From NCBI GenBank assembly GCA_031459535.1, contig JAVKIJ010000007.1:1-63727 (forward strand): DNA of 63,727 bases. Direction: 5' to 3'. Shown here piece by piece: positions 1-10,084 of this stretch. The notes under the pieces were generated by a model. The model was not told the origin of the DNA, did not search any database, and saw only the letters and a program-made list of their open reading frames with translations. Each line of letters begins with the position of its first letter. Position 1 is the stretch's first letter. Both the position numbers and the translations under genes were made by a program. The stretch comes from Candidatus Fervidifonticultor quintus (GTDB taxonomy: Bacteria; Sysuimicrobiota; Sysuimicrobiia; Sysuimicrobiales; Humicultoraceae).

Positions 1-1259
1 CGGCTCGCGACGTCAAGTTCACCATCGAACGCCTCTGGCTAAATCCCCAGGTGGCGTTCTTCCAGCGTGGTAATGTGGCGGAGATCAGCCGGGTGGAGAT
101 CGTGGACGACTACACGGTGCGCATCGTGACCCGGACGCCCTTCGCGACGCTTCCGGTCATGCTGGGCTACCTGGCCAACATCCTGCCCGAGCACATTCTG
201 GGCACGTACACGCCCGACCAGCTCCGCAACCCCGTGGACTTCCTCCGGAATCCCATCGGGACCGGGCCGTTCCGATACGCCGAGTCGGTGCTGGGCTCGC
301 ATGTCCGCCTGGTGGCCTATGACCGCTACTTCCTGGGGCGCCCGAAGCTGGACGCCATCGTCTTCCGCGTGGTGGCCGATCTCGAACAGCAACTGGCGCA
401 GCTCCAGACCGGGCAACTCGACCTGATGATTATCGAGCCCCCGCAGGTGGCGGTGGTCCAGCGCATGCCCAACGTGCAGATCATCGACGCGCCTCAGGTG
501 AACTACACCTTCATCGGGTTCAACAACAAGGTGGAACCGTTCACCGACCGCAAGGTGCGCCAGGCCCTGACCCACGCCGTGGATCGGAAGGCCATTCTGG
601 ACAAGATCTACCTCGGGAAGGGCCGGATCGCCACCGGTCCCATCAATCCCCTGCTCGACTGGGCATACACCGACAAGGTCCACCAGTTCCCCTACAAGCC
701 GGAACTGGCGCAGAAGCTCCTGGAAGAGGCCGGCTGGAGCAAGGGCTCAGATGGCATCCGCCGCAAGGCCGGCCAGCCCCTGAAGATCACCCTGGACGTG
801 GACCGGGGCAACCCGGTGCGGGAGCAGACTGCCGTGGTCGTGCGGCAGTACTGGCGGGACGCGGGCGTGGACGCCGACGTCCGGATCAGCGAGTTCAACG
901 CCCTGCTGGCGCGGATCCGCACGCGGCCGAACCCGCTGCAGGCCTGGACGCTGTGGTACATCACCCCGCCCGATCCCGACGTGACGAACTACTACCATTC
1001 CAGCGGAACGCTGAACGAGTTCGGCTACGCCAACCCCGAGCTGGACCGCCTGCTCGAGCAGGGGCGCGCGACCTTCGATCCGAAGGCCCGGGCGAAGATC
1101 TACCAGCAGGCCCAGAAGTTCATGGCCTGGGATGCGCCGGTCATCTTCCTCGTCTATCCGGCGGAGATCCAGGCGCTCAACAAGCGGGTCCGTGGGTGGG
1201 CGCCGATTGGGTACCGCGATGCGCTGACCCACATGACCGGCGTGTCGATCGGCCGCTAG
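1..1259 (+). CDS. ABC transporter substrate-binding protein, family 5 (peptide/nickel type), 5'-truncated by the window edge
   Basis: Frame is open from position 3 (ARDVKFTIERL...); motifs PIGTGPF and DRKVRQALTHAVDR; followed by two permeases. Confidence 0.92.
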   Translation, partial: ARDVKFTIERLWLNPQVAFFQRGNVAEISRVEIVDDYTVRIVTRTPFATLPVMLGYLANILPEHILGTYTPDQLRNPVDFLRNPIGTGPFRYAESVLGSHVRLVAYDRYFLGRPKLDAIVFRVVADLEQQLAQLQTGQLDLMIIEPPQVAVVQRMPNVQIIDAPQVNYTFIGFNNKVEPFTDRKVRQALTHAVDRKAILDKIYLGKGRIATGPINPLLDWAYTDKVHQFPYKPELAQKLLEEAGWSKGSDGIRRKAGQPLKITLDVDRGNPVREQTAVVVRQYWRDAGVDADVRISEFNALLARIRTRPNPLQAWTLWYITPPDPDVTNYYHSSGTLNEFGYANPELDRLLEQGRATFDPKARAKIYQQAQKFMAWDAPVIFLVYPAEIQALNKRVRGWAPIGYRDALTHMTGVSIGR

Positions 1260-1289
1260 ACGGCCGCGACCACGGAGGGAGAGATCGCC

Positions 1290-1322
1290 GGCGAGGGAGC
1301 GGCCTGGGGCCGCTCCCTCGCC
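1290..1322 (+). terminator. Perfect 15-bp GC-rich stem-loop between the SBP and permease genes (mRNA stabiliser or attenuator; no U-tract)
   Basis: GGCGAGGGAGCGGCC-TGG-GGCCGCTCCCTCGCC. Confidence 0.6.
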
Positions 1323-1329
1323 ACGCGCC

Positions 1330-2277
1330 ATGCTGCGTTACCTGATCCGACGCCTGGTCCAGACCGCAGCCCTGCTGCTGGTGGTCAGCGTGGTGGTCTT
1401 TGCGCTGGTCCTCCAGGCGCCCGGCGGGCCGTCCATCCTGCTGGACCGCAACATGAGCGCCGAGGAGATGGCCCGCATGCGCAGCCTGCTGGGCCTCGAC
1501 CAGCCCCTGCACATGCAGTACGCACGCTGGCTCGCGCAGGTGCTGCGGGGCAACATGGGTGTCTCCTACCAGGCCGGGCTGCCAGTTCTGGAGATCATCG
1601 GCCAGATGCTCCCCAACACGCTGATACTCTCGGCCGCGGCCCTGGTGTTCGCGCTGGTCGTGGCCATCCCCGCCGGCGTGGTCTCTGCCGCGAAGCCCTA
1701 TACCGCGGTGGATCACACCGTGACGTTCTTCTGTTTCTTCGGCATCTCCATCCCCGTCTTCTGGTACGGCCTGATGCTCATCGTGCTGTTCGCCGTCGTG
1801 CTGAACTGGCTGCCGCCGGGCGGGATGTACACCATCGGCAGCCCCCGGACGCTGGCCGACCTCAGCCGACATCTGGTGCTGCCGGCGGTGGTGCTGGGCA
1901 CGGCCAACATGGCGCTGTTCGCCCGCTACACCCGTTCGTCGGTCATGGCGGTGCTGCGCCAGGACTACGTCCGCACGGCGCGCGCCAAGGGGCTGGGGCA
2001 GCGCAGCGTACTCTACAAGCACGCCCTGCGCAACGCGCTGATCACCATCGTCACCGTCGTCGCCCTGCAGCTGCCCCGGCTGGTGGGCGGCGCGGCCATC
2101 ACCGAGACCGTCTTTGCCTGGCCTGGCATGGGGAGTCTCGCGGTCCGAGCCGCGTTCGAGCGCGACTACCCCATGATCATGGGCATCACGCTCGTGATCT
2201 CCACGGTGGTGGCCGCCAGTAACCTGCTGGTGGACCTGGTGTATGTCTACCTCGATCCCCGCATCAGGTACGAGTAG
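1330..2277 (+). CDS. Dpp/Opp-type ABC permease (DppB-like)
   Basis: EAA-like loop DYVRTARAKGL; ETVFAWPGMG; C-terminal YLDPRIRY. Confidence 0.93.
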   Translation: MLRYLIRRLVQTAALLLVVSVVVFALVLQAPGGPSILLDRNMSAEEMARMRSLLGLDQPLHMQYARWLAQVLRGNMGVSYQAGLPVLEIIGQMLPNTLILSAAALVFALVVAIPAGVVSAAKPYTAVDHTVTFFCFFGISIPVFWYGLMLIVLFAVVLNWLPPGGMYTIGSPRTLADLSRHLVLPAVVLGTANMALFARYTRSSVMAVLRQDYVRTARAKGLGQRSVLYKHALRNALITIVTVVALQLPRLVGGAAITETVFAWPGMGSLAVRAAFERDYPMIMGITLVISTVVAASNLLVDLVYVYLDPRIRYE

Positions 2278-3121
2278 CCGCAGCCCGGCCGGCCAAGTGC
2301 TCGCCCGCCTGCGGCGCAATCGGCTGGCGGTGGCCTCACTGCTCCTGCTGGGCCTGCTCCACCTGGCCGCGGCGCTGGCGCCGTGGCTGGCGCCCCACGA
2401 CCCCGAAGCGGTGGCGCTCGCAGAGCGCCTCCAGCCACCCAGCGCCTCGCACTGGCTCGGCACCGACGAGTACGGCCGCGACGTGCTGACCCGACTCCTC
2501 TACGGCGGCCGAATCTCCCTGGCCGTGGGCCTGACCTCCATGGTGGTCTCCATGGTCCTCGGCGTCGTCATCGGTGCGGCGGCGGGGTACGCCGGCGGCC
2601 TCACCGACGTGCTGCTCATGCGGGTCACCGACGGCATGCTCTCCGTGCCGCTGTTCTTCATCGCGCTCATGGCGCTGGCCCTGCTGGGCGCCTCGATGCT
2701 CAACTTGGTGGCGGTTATCGCCCTCTCCAGCTGGATGACGGTGGCGCGCGTGGTCCGGGCCGAAGTGCTGCGGACCCGCGAGCTGGAGTTCGTGGCGGCA
2801 GCCCGCGCCATCGGCTGCGGCGGGTGGCGGATCCTCGCGAGGCACGTGGTGCCCCAGTCCATCCCTTCCATCACGGTGGCGGCGACGCTGGGGGTCGCAT
2901 ACGCGATCCTGCTGGAGACCTCTCTGAGCTTTCTCGGCCTGGGCGTTCAGCCGCCGGCAGCGTCCTGGGGCAATATGCTCAGCGGCGCGCGCACCTACTT
3001 GCGTACGGTGCCCGGACTGGCCATCTTCCCGGGTGTCCTGATCTTCGTCACGGTCCTCTGCTACAACTGGTTCGGGGACGGCCTACGCGATGCCATTGAT
3101 CCCACCCTCGCCGAACGATAG
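2243..3121 (+). CDS. Dpp/Opp-type ABC permease (DppC-like)
   Basis: HWLGTDEYGRD, LSFLGLG, GDGLRDAIDP; start codon uncertain. Confidence 0.92.
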   Translation: MSTSIPASGTSSRSPAGQVLARLRRNRLAVASLLLLGLLHLAAALAPWLAPHDPEAVALAERLQPPSASHWLGTDEYGRDVLTRLLYGGRISLAVGLTSMVVSMVLGVVIGAAAGYAGGLTDVLLMRVTDGMLSVPLFFIALMALALLGASMLNLVAVIALSSWMTVARVVRAEVLRTRELEFVAAARAIGCGGWRILARHVVPQSIPSITVAATLGVAYAILLETSLSFLGLGVQPPAASWGNMLSGARTYLRTVPGLAIFPGVLIFVTVLCYNWFGDGLRDAIDPTLAER

Positions 3122-3130
3122 TCCACGGAG

Positions 3131-4264
3131 GTGAAGTCGTCCATGCCCACGGCCACGTTGGCGCTCACCGGTGACCTGATGCTCAACCGGCCCATCGTCC
3201 AGGGCGGCCGATCGCCCGGCAGCGCCGGTGTCTGGGCGCTGCTTGAGGGTGCGGACCTGGTCTTCGCCAATCTCGAGTGTCCGCTGACCAGCCGGTCGGC
3301 ACCGGCAGACAAGGTCGTGGCGTTCCGCAGCGATCCACACCTGGCCCGCGACCTGGTTGCCGCCGGCGTGGATGTCGTGACGCTGGCGAACAACCACATG
3401 TACGACCAGGGCGTCCACGGCATGTTCGACACGCTGGCGGCGCTGCGGGACGCAGGTCTGGCCCCAGTCGGCGCGGGCGAGCACCTGGACGCTGCGCTAA
3501 GGCCGGCGGTCTTGCCGGCTGACGGGATGCGGATCGCCTTCCTCGGCGTCGCGACCACGCTGCCGGTCGGTTGCGCCGCCGCGCCGGACCGGCCCGGCCT
3601 GGCACCCATCCGTGTTACCACCAGCTACGTGGCCGACGCATCCGGCCTGGAAGAGACACCGGGGATCGCGCCCTTTGTGGAAACACGCGCCTGGCCCGGC
3701 GACGTGGAGACGGTCGTCGCTGCAATCGCCGCCGCCAGGCGCCAGGCCGACGCCTGCGTGGTGGGCATCCACTGGGGTGTGCCCAACGGCTGGGTGGCGC
3801 AGTTTCAGGACCCGCTCGCCACCTACCAGCGGCCGCTGGCCCGGGCGCTGGTGCGCGCCGGCGCCGACGTGGTGGTCGGCCACCACCCCCACGTGCTGCA
3901 CGGCATCGAGATGATCGACGGCCGGCCCGTGTTCTACAGCCTGGGCAACTTCGTTTTCCACACGCTCCGGGTGGGCGTGCAGCCGGCGCTCCGCCGGCCG
4001 GACCCGCCGTACAGCTGGCGGAGCCTGCGGTCGCCGGTCAATCTGGACTCGGCGGTCGCCCTCGTCACCCTGGACACCGGCCGGGTCGCAGCCATTCAGA
4101 TCGTCCCGGTCCTGCTCAACGGGGTCGGGGACCCCGAGCTGGCCACGGGCGCGGACGCCGCGCGGATCCTGACGACGCTGGGCGCGCTGTCAGAGCCCCT
4201 GGGGACGCGGATTGCCCCAGACGGCGATCGCGGGCGCGTAGAGCTCCGCGGGTCGGAACCGTGA
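3131..4264 (+). CDS. CapA/PGA_cap-family metallophosphoesterase-fold protein
   Basis: GDLML, NLECP, LANNH, HWG, GHHPHV and YSLGNF motifs. Confidence 0.88.
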   Translation: MKSSMPTATLALTGDLMLNRPIVQGGRSPGSAGVWALLEGADLVFANLECPLTSRSAPADKVVAFRSDPHLARDLVAAGVDVVTLANNHMYDQGVHGMFDTLAALRDAGLAPVGAGEHLDAALRPAVLPADGMRIAFLGVATTLPVGCAAAPDRPGLAPIRVTTSYVADASGLEETPGIAPFVETRAWPGDVETVVAAIAAARRQADACVVGIHWGVPNGWVAQFQDPLATYQRPLARALVRAGADVVVGHHPHVLHGIEMIDGRPVFYSLGNFVFHTLRVGVQPALRRPDPPYSWRSLRSPVNLDSAVALVTLDTGRVAAIQIVPVLLNGVGDPELATGADAARILTTLGALSEPLGTRIAPDGDRGRVELRGSEP

Positions 4265-4340
4265 CGCCAGGGGGAGTTGGGGTCGGTTTCGCCAAATTCG
4301 CCAGCAGTACGCCCAGCGACACGCGGCGGGGAGGGTTGCC

Positions 4341-5408
4341 ATGAGGATCACCATTGTGGGCGCCGGCGCCATCGGCGGCACCATGGGCGCCTATCTCGCG
4401 CGCGCCGGTCACGAAATCACATTGGTCGACGTGGCCAGCGAGCACGTGGACGCCATCAACACCCGCGGCCTCACCATCGAGAGCCAGGACGAGACCTTCA
4501 CGGTGCGGGCGCGGGCCCTGCTGCCAGACCAGATGCAGGGTCCGCTGCGGATGGTCTTCCTGGCCACCAAGACCATGCACACGGACATCGCCGCCCGCCA
4601 GATTGCCCCCCACCTGGCCCCAGACGGCGCCATCGTCTCGATGCAGAACGGATTCAACGAGGAGCGCATTGCGGCCGTGGTGGGCGCGGAGCGCACCATC
4701 GGGGCGTTCGTCAACTTCGGCGCCGACTATCTCGAGCCGGGCCGCATCATGTTCGGCGGCGCAGGGGCGCTCTACGTGGGCGAACTCGATGGCACCATCT
4801 CGGCCCGCGTGGTCGAGGTAGTGGAGGCGCTGCGGTCGAGCTTCCTGCCCCACGCCCAGGCCACCACGAACATCTGGGGGTATCTGTGGGGGAAGCACGC
4901 GTACGCGGCGATGCTGAAGGCGACCGCGCTCACCGACGAGACCATCGCCGACGTGCTGGCGCATCCCGAGGCCAGGCCGGCGCTGGCGAACCTGGCGGCC
5001 GAGGTGCTGGCGCTCGCCGAGGCCGAGGGGGTGCGGCCCGAGGCGTTCGACGGGTTCGAACCCGATGCGTTTGTCTTTCCTCCCCGACGCGACCAGGCCA
5101 GGATGGACGCCAGCCTCGACGCCCTGGTCGCGATCAACCGCAAGTGGGCCAAGGCCCGCAGCGGCGTCTGGCGGGACCTGGCGGTGCGCAAGCGCAAGAC
5201 CGAGGTGGAAACCGTGGCAGGAGAGCTGCGCGCACGGGCCCTGGAGCATCGCATTGCCATTCCTTTAGTGGACGCGGTCGCGCGCATGATCGGCGAGATC
5301 GAAGCGGGGGGGCGGTCCAGAAGCTGGGACAACATCCGGGCGCTGGCCCAGCTCAACACGCGCACCTACGGCGCCCAGGCCGCGGGCGAGGTCGCCGGTC
5401 ATGTCTAG
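4341..5408 (+). CDS. Ketopantoate reductase (PanE/ApbA)-family oxidoreductase
   Basis: GAGAIGG Rossmann motif, LATK, SMQNG, WGK, KTEVE. Confidence 0.85.
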   Translation: MRITIVGAGAIGGTMGAYLARAGHEITLVDVASEHVDAINTRGLTIESQDETFTVRARALLPDQMQGPLRMVFLATKTMHTDIAARQIAPHLAPDGAIVSMQNGFNEERIAAVVGAERTIGAFVNFGADYLEPGRIMFGGAGALYVGELDGTISARVVEVVEALRSSFLPHAQATTNIWGYLWGKHAYAAMLKATALTDETIADVLAHPEARPALANLAAEVLALAEAEGVRPEAFDGFEPDAFVFPPRRDQARMDASLDALVAINRKWAKARSGVWRDLAVRKRKTEVETVAGELRARALEHRIAIPLVDAVARMIGEIEAGGRSRSWDNIRALAQLNTRTYGAQAAGEVAGHV

Positions 5409-6240
5409 CGCGGCGTCGCCACCCGGGCGCGGACTACAGACGGCACCGACACCCCCGGTGGATCCTCTCGACTTCTCCGGACGCGTGGTCCTGGTCACCG
5501 GGGCCGCCCACGGCATCGGGCGCGGCGTCTGCGAGGCGTTCGCCGGCCGCGGCGCGACGGTCTGGGGCTGTGATGTGCTCGAGGGGGAACTGGCCGAGAC
5601 CGTGCGGCGCTGCCGCGCAGCCGGCGGGACCGCCCACGGGCGGGTGGTCGATGCCACAGAGGGGGCATCTGTCGAGGAATTCGTGAAAGAGATCGGCGAG
5701 CGGGACGGCGCCGTCGACGTGCTGGTCCACGCCGCAGGCGGGGTCCAGTATCAGCTTCCCCGGCCGGTGGAGACGGTCTCGCTCGACGACTGGCGCCGCA
5801 TCGTCGCCGTCAACCTCGACGGCGCGTTCCTGTTCGTGCGGGCCGTGGTGCCGGGCATGAAGGCGAGGAGGTTCGGGCGGATCGTCACCATCTCGTCCGG
5901 GGCCGGCCGCTCCTACAGCCAGACCGGCATCCAGGCCTATGCTGGAGCGAAGGCCGGGCTTATCGGTTTCACGCGACAGATCGCCCGCGAGCTGGGCCCG
6001 TTTGGGATCACGGCCAACTCCGTGGCGCCAGGTTTCGTGCTCTCCAACCCGTCGTCGATCGCCCAGTGGGAAGCCCTGGGTACCGAGGGACAGGCCAGGT
6101 TTCTCGACGCGCTGGCGGTGCGGCGCCTGGGCACGCCCGAAGACGTGGCGCTGGCGGTGCTCTTCTTCGCCTCGCCCTGCGCGTCGTACATCACTGGCCA
6201 GACGCTGAGCGTCGACGGTGGCCGCTGGATGCTGGGTTGA
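5401..6240 (+). CDS. SDR-family oxidoreductase
   Basis: TGAAHGIG, YAGAK catalytic motif, GQTLSVDGG. Confidence 0.92.
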   Translation: MSSAASPPGRGLQTAPTPPVDPLDFSGRVVLVTGAAHGIGRGVCEAFAGRGATVWGCDVLEGELAETVRRCRAAGGTAHGRVVDATEGASVEEFVKEIGERDGAVDVLVHAAGGVQYQLPRPVETVSLDDWRRIVAVNLDGAFLFVRAVVPGMKARRFGRIVTISSGAGRSYSQTGIQAYAGAKAGLIGFTRQIARELGPFGITANSVAPGFVLSNPSSIAQWEALGTEGQARFLDALAVRRLGTPEDVALAVLFFASPCASYITGQTLSVDGGRWMLG

Positions 6241-6280
6241 CAGCCGCAATCACCACAGACGTCTCACGAGGAGGACACCG

Positions 6281-8029
6281 ATGGCTCGCTGGACCATGAC
6301 TGCCCCGCCGTACGATCAGGTGAACGCCAGCCGCATGATGGCCGATGTCGAGGCCCTGGCACGCTGGGTCCGGCTGTCGGGCACCGCTGACGAGATGGAA
6401 GCCGTTCGATACGCGCAGAAGCGACTCCGCGCCGCCGGATGTCAGACGCGGGTCATCCTGCACGATGCCTTCATCAGCCTGCCTGGCGCGGCGTCCCTGC
6501 AGGTGCTGACCGACGGGGCCGCGGCTGCGGTCTCCTGCATCACCCATTCGTTCGCGGCGCCCACGGGGCCCGGCGGCCTCGAGCGCGCGGCAGTGTACGC
6601 GGCCGGCCCCGCCGACCTGACAGGCGTCGCGGCTGGCAGGATCGCGGTCGTTGATGGTCTGGCAAGCCCGGCCGTGGTGCGCGCCGTGGAGATGGCCGGC
6701 GCGGCGGGGCTGGTCTGCCTCAACCGGGATCCCTACGTCCACGAGATGATCGTCTCGACCGTCTGGGGCAGCCCTACGCTCGAGGACCTGGCGGCGCTGC
6801 CGAAGATCCCCGTGGTGTCGGTGGCGGGGCGCGACGCGGGCCCCGTGCGCGAGGCGGCGCGGACGGGCGCCCGTTTGCGGCTCTTCGCGGAGGTCGACAC
6901 CCGGTGGCGCCAGACCCCGATCCTGATCGGAGAGTTGCCCGGCGCGGTGGAGGAAACCTTCGTGCTCTTCTCGGGGCATCTGGACTCGTGGCATCGCGGC
7001 GCCATGGACAACGGGGGGGCCAACGCCACGATGCTGGAGCTGGCGCGGGTGATGGGGTCGGTGCGGCGCTACCGCGGCGTGCGGTTCGCGTTCTGGTCGG
7101 GTCACTCCCACGGCCGCTACTCGGGCTCGACGTGGTACGCGGACCACTACTGGCACGAACTGGACGCGCGCTGCGTGCTGCATCTCAATGTGGATTCCAC
7201 CGGTGGCCGAGGATCGATCCTCAACCGGCACGCCTATGCCATGCCCGAGACGCGCGGGGTCGCGGATGCGGTGATCCGAGAGCTTGCCGGCGGTCGCTTC
7301 GCAGGCCAGCGCGTCGGACGGATGGGGGACCAGTCGTTCCTGGGCGTCGGCCTGCCCTCGCTGCTGATGGACATCTCCGAGCAGGAGGGCACGTCGCCCG
7401 AGGCCAGCGTGGACTTCTCCGCCTTCAGCGGAGGCGGGACGGGCGGGCTGGGTTGGTGGTGGCACACAACCGAGGACACCCCCGACAAGATCGACCCGGC
7501 GCTGCTGGAGAGGGACGCCAGGGTCTACCTGGGTATCCTGCATACATTCGTGACCTCGCCGGTCCTGCCGCTGGACTACGGCGCGACGGCGCGCGAGTGG
7601 CTGAAGCGGCTGGGCGAGGTCCGGGCGGCGTCCCCCTGGGCCGACGTCAAGGGGGCGCTGGCCGAGGCGCGCAGGCTCGTGCGCGGGGCCGAGGCCCTGC
7701 GCCGGCACGCGCAGGCGGTGGCGGCATCCGGCGACCGGGCGGGCATCAGGGCCGCCAACGCCGCGCTGATGGCCATGGGACGTGCCCTGATCCCCGTCGA
7801 CTTCACGCGGGCCGGCCGCTTCGGCCACGACCCCGCCCTGCCCCAGTCAGACCCCCCGCACCTGGCGGCGCTGCGCGCGCTCGCGCACGCGTCAGGCGAT
7901 GAGGCGAGGCACCTGGCCGTGCGGGCGGTGCGGGATCTCAACGCCATCCGCCACGCGCTGGCCACGGCCGCCCAGGCCGCGGAGGCGGTGGTCTCAGCCC
8001 AGCGGGCAGGTCGCCGAGGACAGCGGTAA
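6281..8029 (+). CDS. M28-family metallopeptidase-like protein with PA domain (paralog 1)
   Basis: RBS GAGGAGG before ATG 6281; GHLDSW, GAMDN, NVDS, WWHT..D..DKID. Confidence 0.82.
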   Translation: MARWTMTAPPYDQVNASRMMADVEALARWVRLSGTADEMEAVRYAQKRLRAAGCQTRVILHDAFISLPGAASLQVLTDGAAAAVSCITHSFAAPTGPGGLERAAVYAAGPADLTGVAAGRIAVVDGLASPAVVRAVEMAGAAGLVCLNRDPYVHEMIVSTVWGSPTLEDLAALPKIPVVSVAGRDAGPVREAARTGARLRLFAEVDTRWRQTPILIGELPGAVEETFVLFSGHLDSWHRGAMDNGGANATMLELARVMGSVRRYRGVRFAFWSGHSHGRYSGSTWYADHYWHELDARCVLHLNVDSTGGRGSILNRHAYAMPETRGVADAVIRELAGGRFAGQRVGRMGDQSFLGVGLPSLLMDISEQEGTSPEASVDFSAFSGGGTGGLGWWWHTTEDTPDKIDPALLERDARVYLGILHTFVTSPVLPLDYGATAREWLKRLGEVRAASPWADVKGALAEARRLVRGAEALRRHAQAVAASGDRAGIRAANAALMAMGRALIPVDFTRAGRFGHDPALPQSDPPHLAALRALAHASGDEARHLAVRAVRDLNAIRHALATAAQAAEAVVSAQRAGRRGQR

Positions 8030-9175
8030 GAGCAGGGGACGGAGCGGGCGAGGCGCGCCCGCGCGCTGCCGGAGGAATTCAGGCAGGATCAGGCCGGCCC
8101 GTTCGGGGCCTTCGCGCAGGGTGCCATCGGGCTCGACGTGCAGAGCTCCGTCGGCCAGCGCCGCATCTACCGCCTCCTCGATCAGCGCGCCGGCCGATGA
8201 CTCCCCCGCCCATTCCAGCAGCATGGCGGCGGACAGCACCTGGCCCAGGGGATTCGCGCGGCCGGTGCCGGCCAGGTCGGGCGCCGAGCCGTGGATGGGC
8301 TCGAACATCGCGACCCCGTGGCCCAGGTTGGCGGATGGACACAGCCCGATGCCGCCGGCGACCGCGCCGGCCAGGTCGCTGAGGATGTCGCCCACCAGGT
8401 TCTCCGCCAGCATGACGTCGAAGGCCTGGGGCCGCTGCACCAGGGCCGCGGCCGCGGCGTCGGCGTGCATGGCCTCGAACGCCACGTTGGGGGTCGCCGT
8501 CACCGCAGCACGCGCCACCTCACGGAAGAACGCGAACGACCCGAGCACATTGGCTTTGTCAACGCAGGTGACGCGGGCCGCTCGCTCGTCTGGCCGGTCA
8601 CCACGCGCCGCCCGGCGCGCCAGGGCCAGAGCCGCGGCGAGACGGGCGAGCCGGTCCGTGGCGCGGCGGGTGACGACGATGAGATCCACGGCCACATCCG
8701 CGGTGCGGATCCCGCGGCCGCGAGACGCATAGATCCCTTCGGTATTCTCGCGCACGATGACGCAGTCGATGGCACCCGCCACAGGGGCCGGGGTGCCGGG
8801 CGGACGCCGCACTGGCCGGATATTGGCCCACAGCCCGAGGCGCGCCCTCAGGTACCCGCTGGCCATGCCGATCTCGGTGCCGTCGGCACCCCGGCGGACG
8901 GGGATGCCGGTAGGTGACTTCAAGACGATCCCGACCGCGCCACAGGCCTCTACGGCCTCGTTGGTCACCGGGACGCCTGCGGTTGCGGCGACCGTCGCGC
9001 CGGCGGGGTAGCGGCGCACATCCAGCCGCACTCCCGCGGCCGACGCAGCCGCCTCGAGCACGGCCAGCGCCACCTCGAGAATCTCCGGGCCGATACCATC
9101 ACCGTGGAGGGCTACCACGGGCAGCACGCGCGCCGGCGTGGCAGTCGGTGGCTTCGAGGAATGAGCCACAACCAC
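7994..9175 (-). CDS. Isocitrate/isopropylmalate/tartrate dehydrogenase-family protein
   Basis: GDGIGPE, RENTEG, DKANV, GDILSD, FEPIHGSAPD. Confidence 0.9.
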   Translation of the reverse strand: MVVAHSSKPPTATPARVLPVVALHGDGIGPEILEVALAVLEAAASAAGVRLDVRRYPAGATVAATAGVPVTNEAVEACGAVGIVLKSPTGIPVRRGADGTEIGMASGYLRARLGLWANIRPVRRPPGTPAPVAGAIDCVIVRENTEGIYASRGRGIRTADVAVDLIVVTRRATDRLARLAAALALARRAARGDRPDERAARVTCVDKANVLGSFAFFREVARAAVTATPNVAFEAMHADAAAAALVQRPQAFDVMLAENLVGDILSDLAGAVAGGIGLCPSANLGHGVAMFEPIHGSAPDLAGTGRANPLGQVLSAAMLLEWAGESSAGALIEEAVDAALADGALHVEPDGTLREGPERAGLILPEFLRQRAGAPRPLRPLLLPLSSATCPLG

Positions 9176-9187
9176 GGCGCGATTCCG

Positions 9188-10084
9188 CTACCGGCGGAAC
9201 CGTGGATCGAGGGCGTCGCGCAGCCCGTCGCCCAGGAGATTGAATCCCAGGATCGTCAGGCTGATGGCCAGACCAGGAAACGTGGCGATCCACGGCGCGT
9301 CCATCATGAATCGACGCCCGTCGGCCAGCATCGTGCCCCATGACGACAGGGGCGGCTGGATCCCCAGCCCCAGGAACGACAGCGCCGCTTCGGCGTTGAT
9401 GGCGGTACCGGCTGACAGCGTGGCCAGGACCACGATGGGGGTGATGCAGTTGGGCAGCACGTGCCGGAGGAAGATCCGGCCGGTGGACAGACCAGCCGCC
9501 CGAGCTGCCTCGACAAACACCTGCTCGCGCGTGCTCAGCACCGCGCCCCGCGTCACCCTGGCAAACTGGGGAATGCGCGTGACCGCGATGGCCAGGATCA
9601 GATTTGGCAGGCTCGGCCCCAGGACGGCCACCAGGGCGATGCCCAGGACGATGTAGGGCACGGCCAGCACGATATCCATGGCGCGCATGACGACCTCGTC
9701 CACCGCGCCCCCGATGAAGGCCGAGAAGCCGCCGACCATCACGCCCGCAGCCGACGCGAGTAGCGTGGCTCCGACGCCCACGATGAGAGAGACCCGCGCC
9801 CCGTAGAGGATGCGACTGAGGATGTCCCGGCCAAACTGGTCGGTGCCCAGTAGGTGCTGGAGGCGGGGCCCCGCCAGCCGGGATCCGATGTCCATCGCCT
9901 CCTGGGGAAAGGGGCTGAGGATCGGGGCCAGCAGCGCCGAGACCACCATCAACGCCACCACGACCATGCCGACCAGGGCCGTGGGGTAGCGGATGAAGAC
10001 GCGCAGGAACTCGGCGGCCTCACTGCGCGCTCGTCGGGGAAGCAACGGCGCACCGGTCGATTTGGCGGTGAGGGGTACTCTCAC
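9188..10084 (-). CDS. Dpp/Opp-type ABC permease (DppC-like)
   Basis: HLLGTDQFGRD, LSFLGLG, GDGLRDALDP; GTG start overlaps the upstream TGA (GTGA). Confidence 0.9.
   Translation of the reverse strand: MRVPLTAKSTGAPLLPRRARSEAAEFLRVFIRYPTALVGMVVVALMVVSALLAPILSPFPQEAMDIGSRLAGPRLQHLLGTDQFGRDILSRILYGARVSLIVGVGATLLASAAGVMVGGFSAFIGGAVDEVVMRAMDIVLAVPYIVLGIALVAVLGPSLPNLILAIAVTRIPQFARVTRGAVLSTREQVFVEAARAAGLSTGRIFLRHVLPNCITPIVVLATLSAGTAINAEAALSFLGLGIQPPLSSWGTMLADGRRFMMDAPWIATFPGLAISLTILGFNLLGDGLRDALDPRFRR

Noticed and set aside
3131-4264. Poly-gamma-glutamate capsule locus
   Set aside because: Only a CapA-like domain is present; no capB or capC
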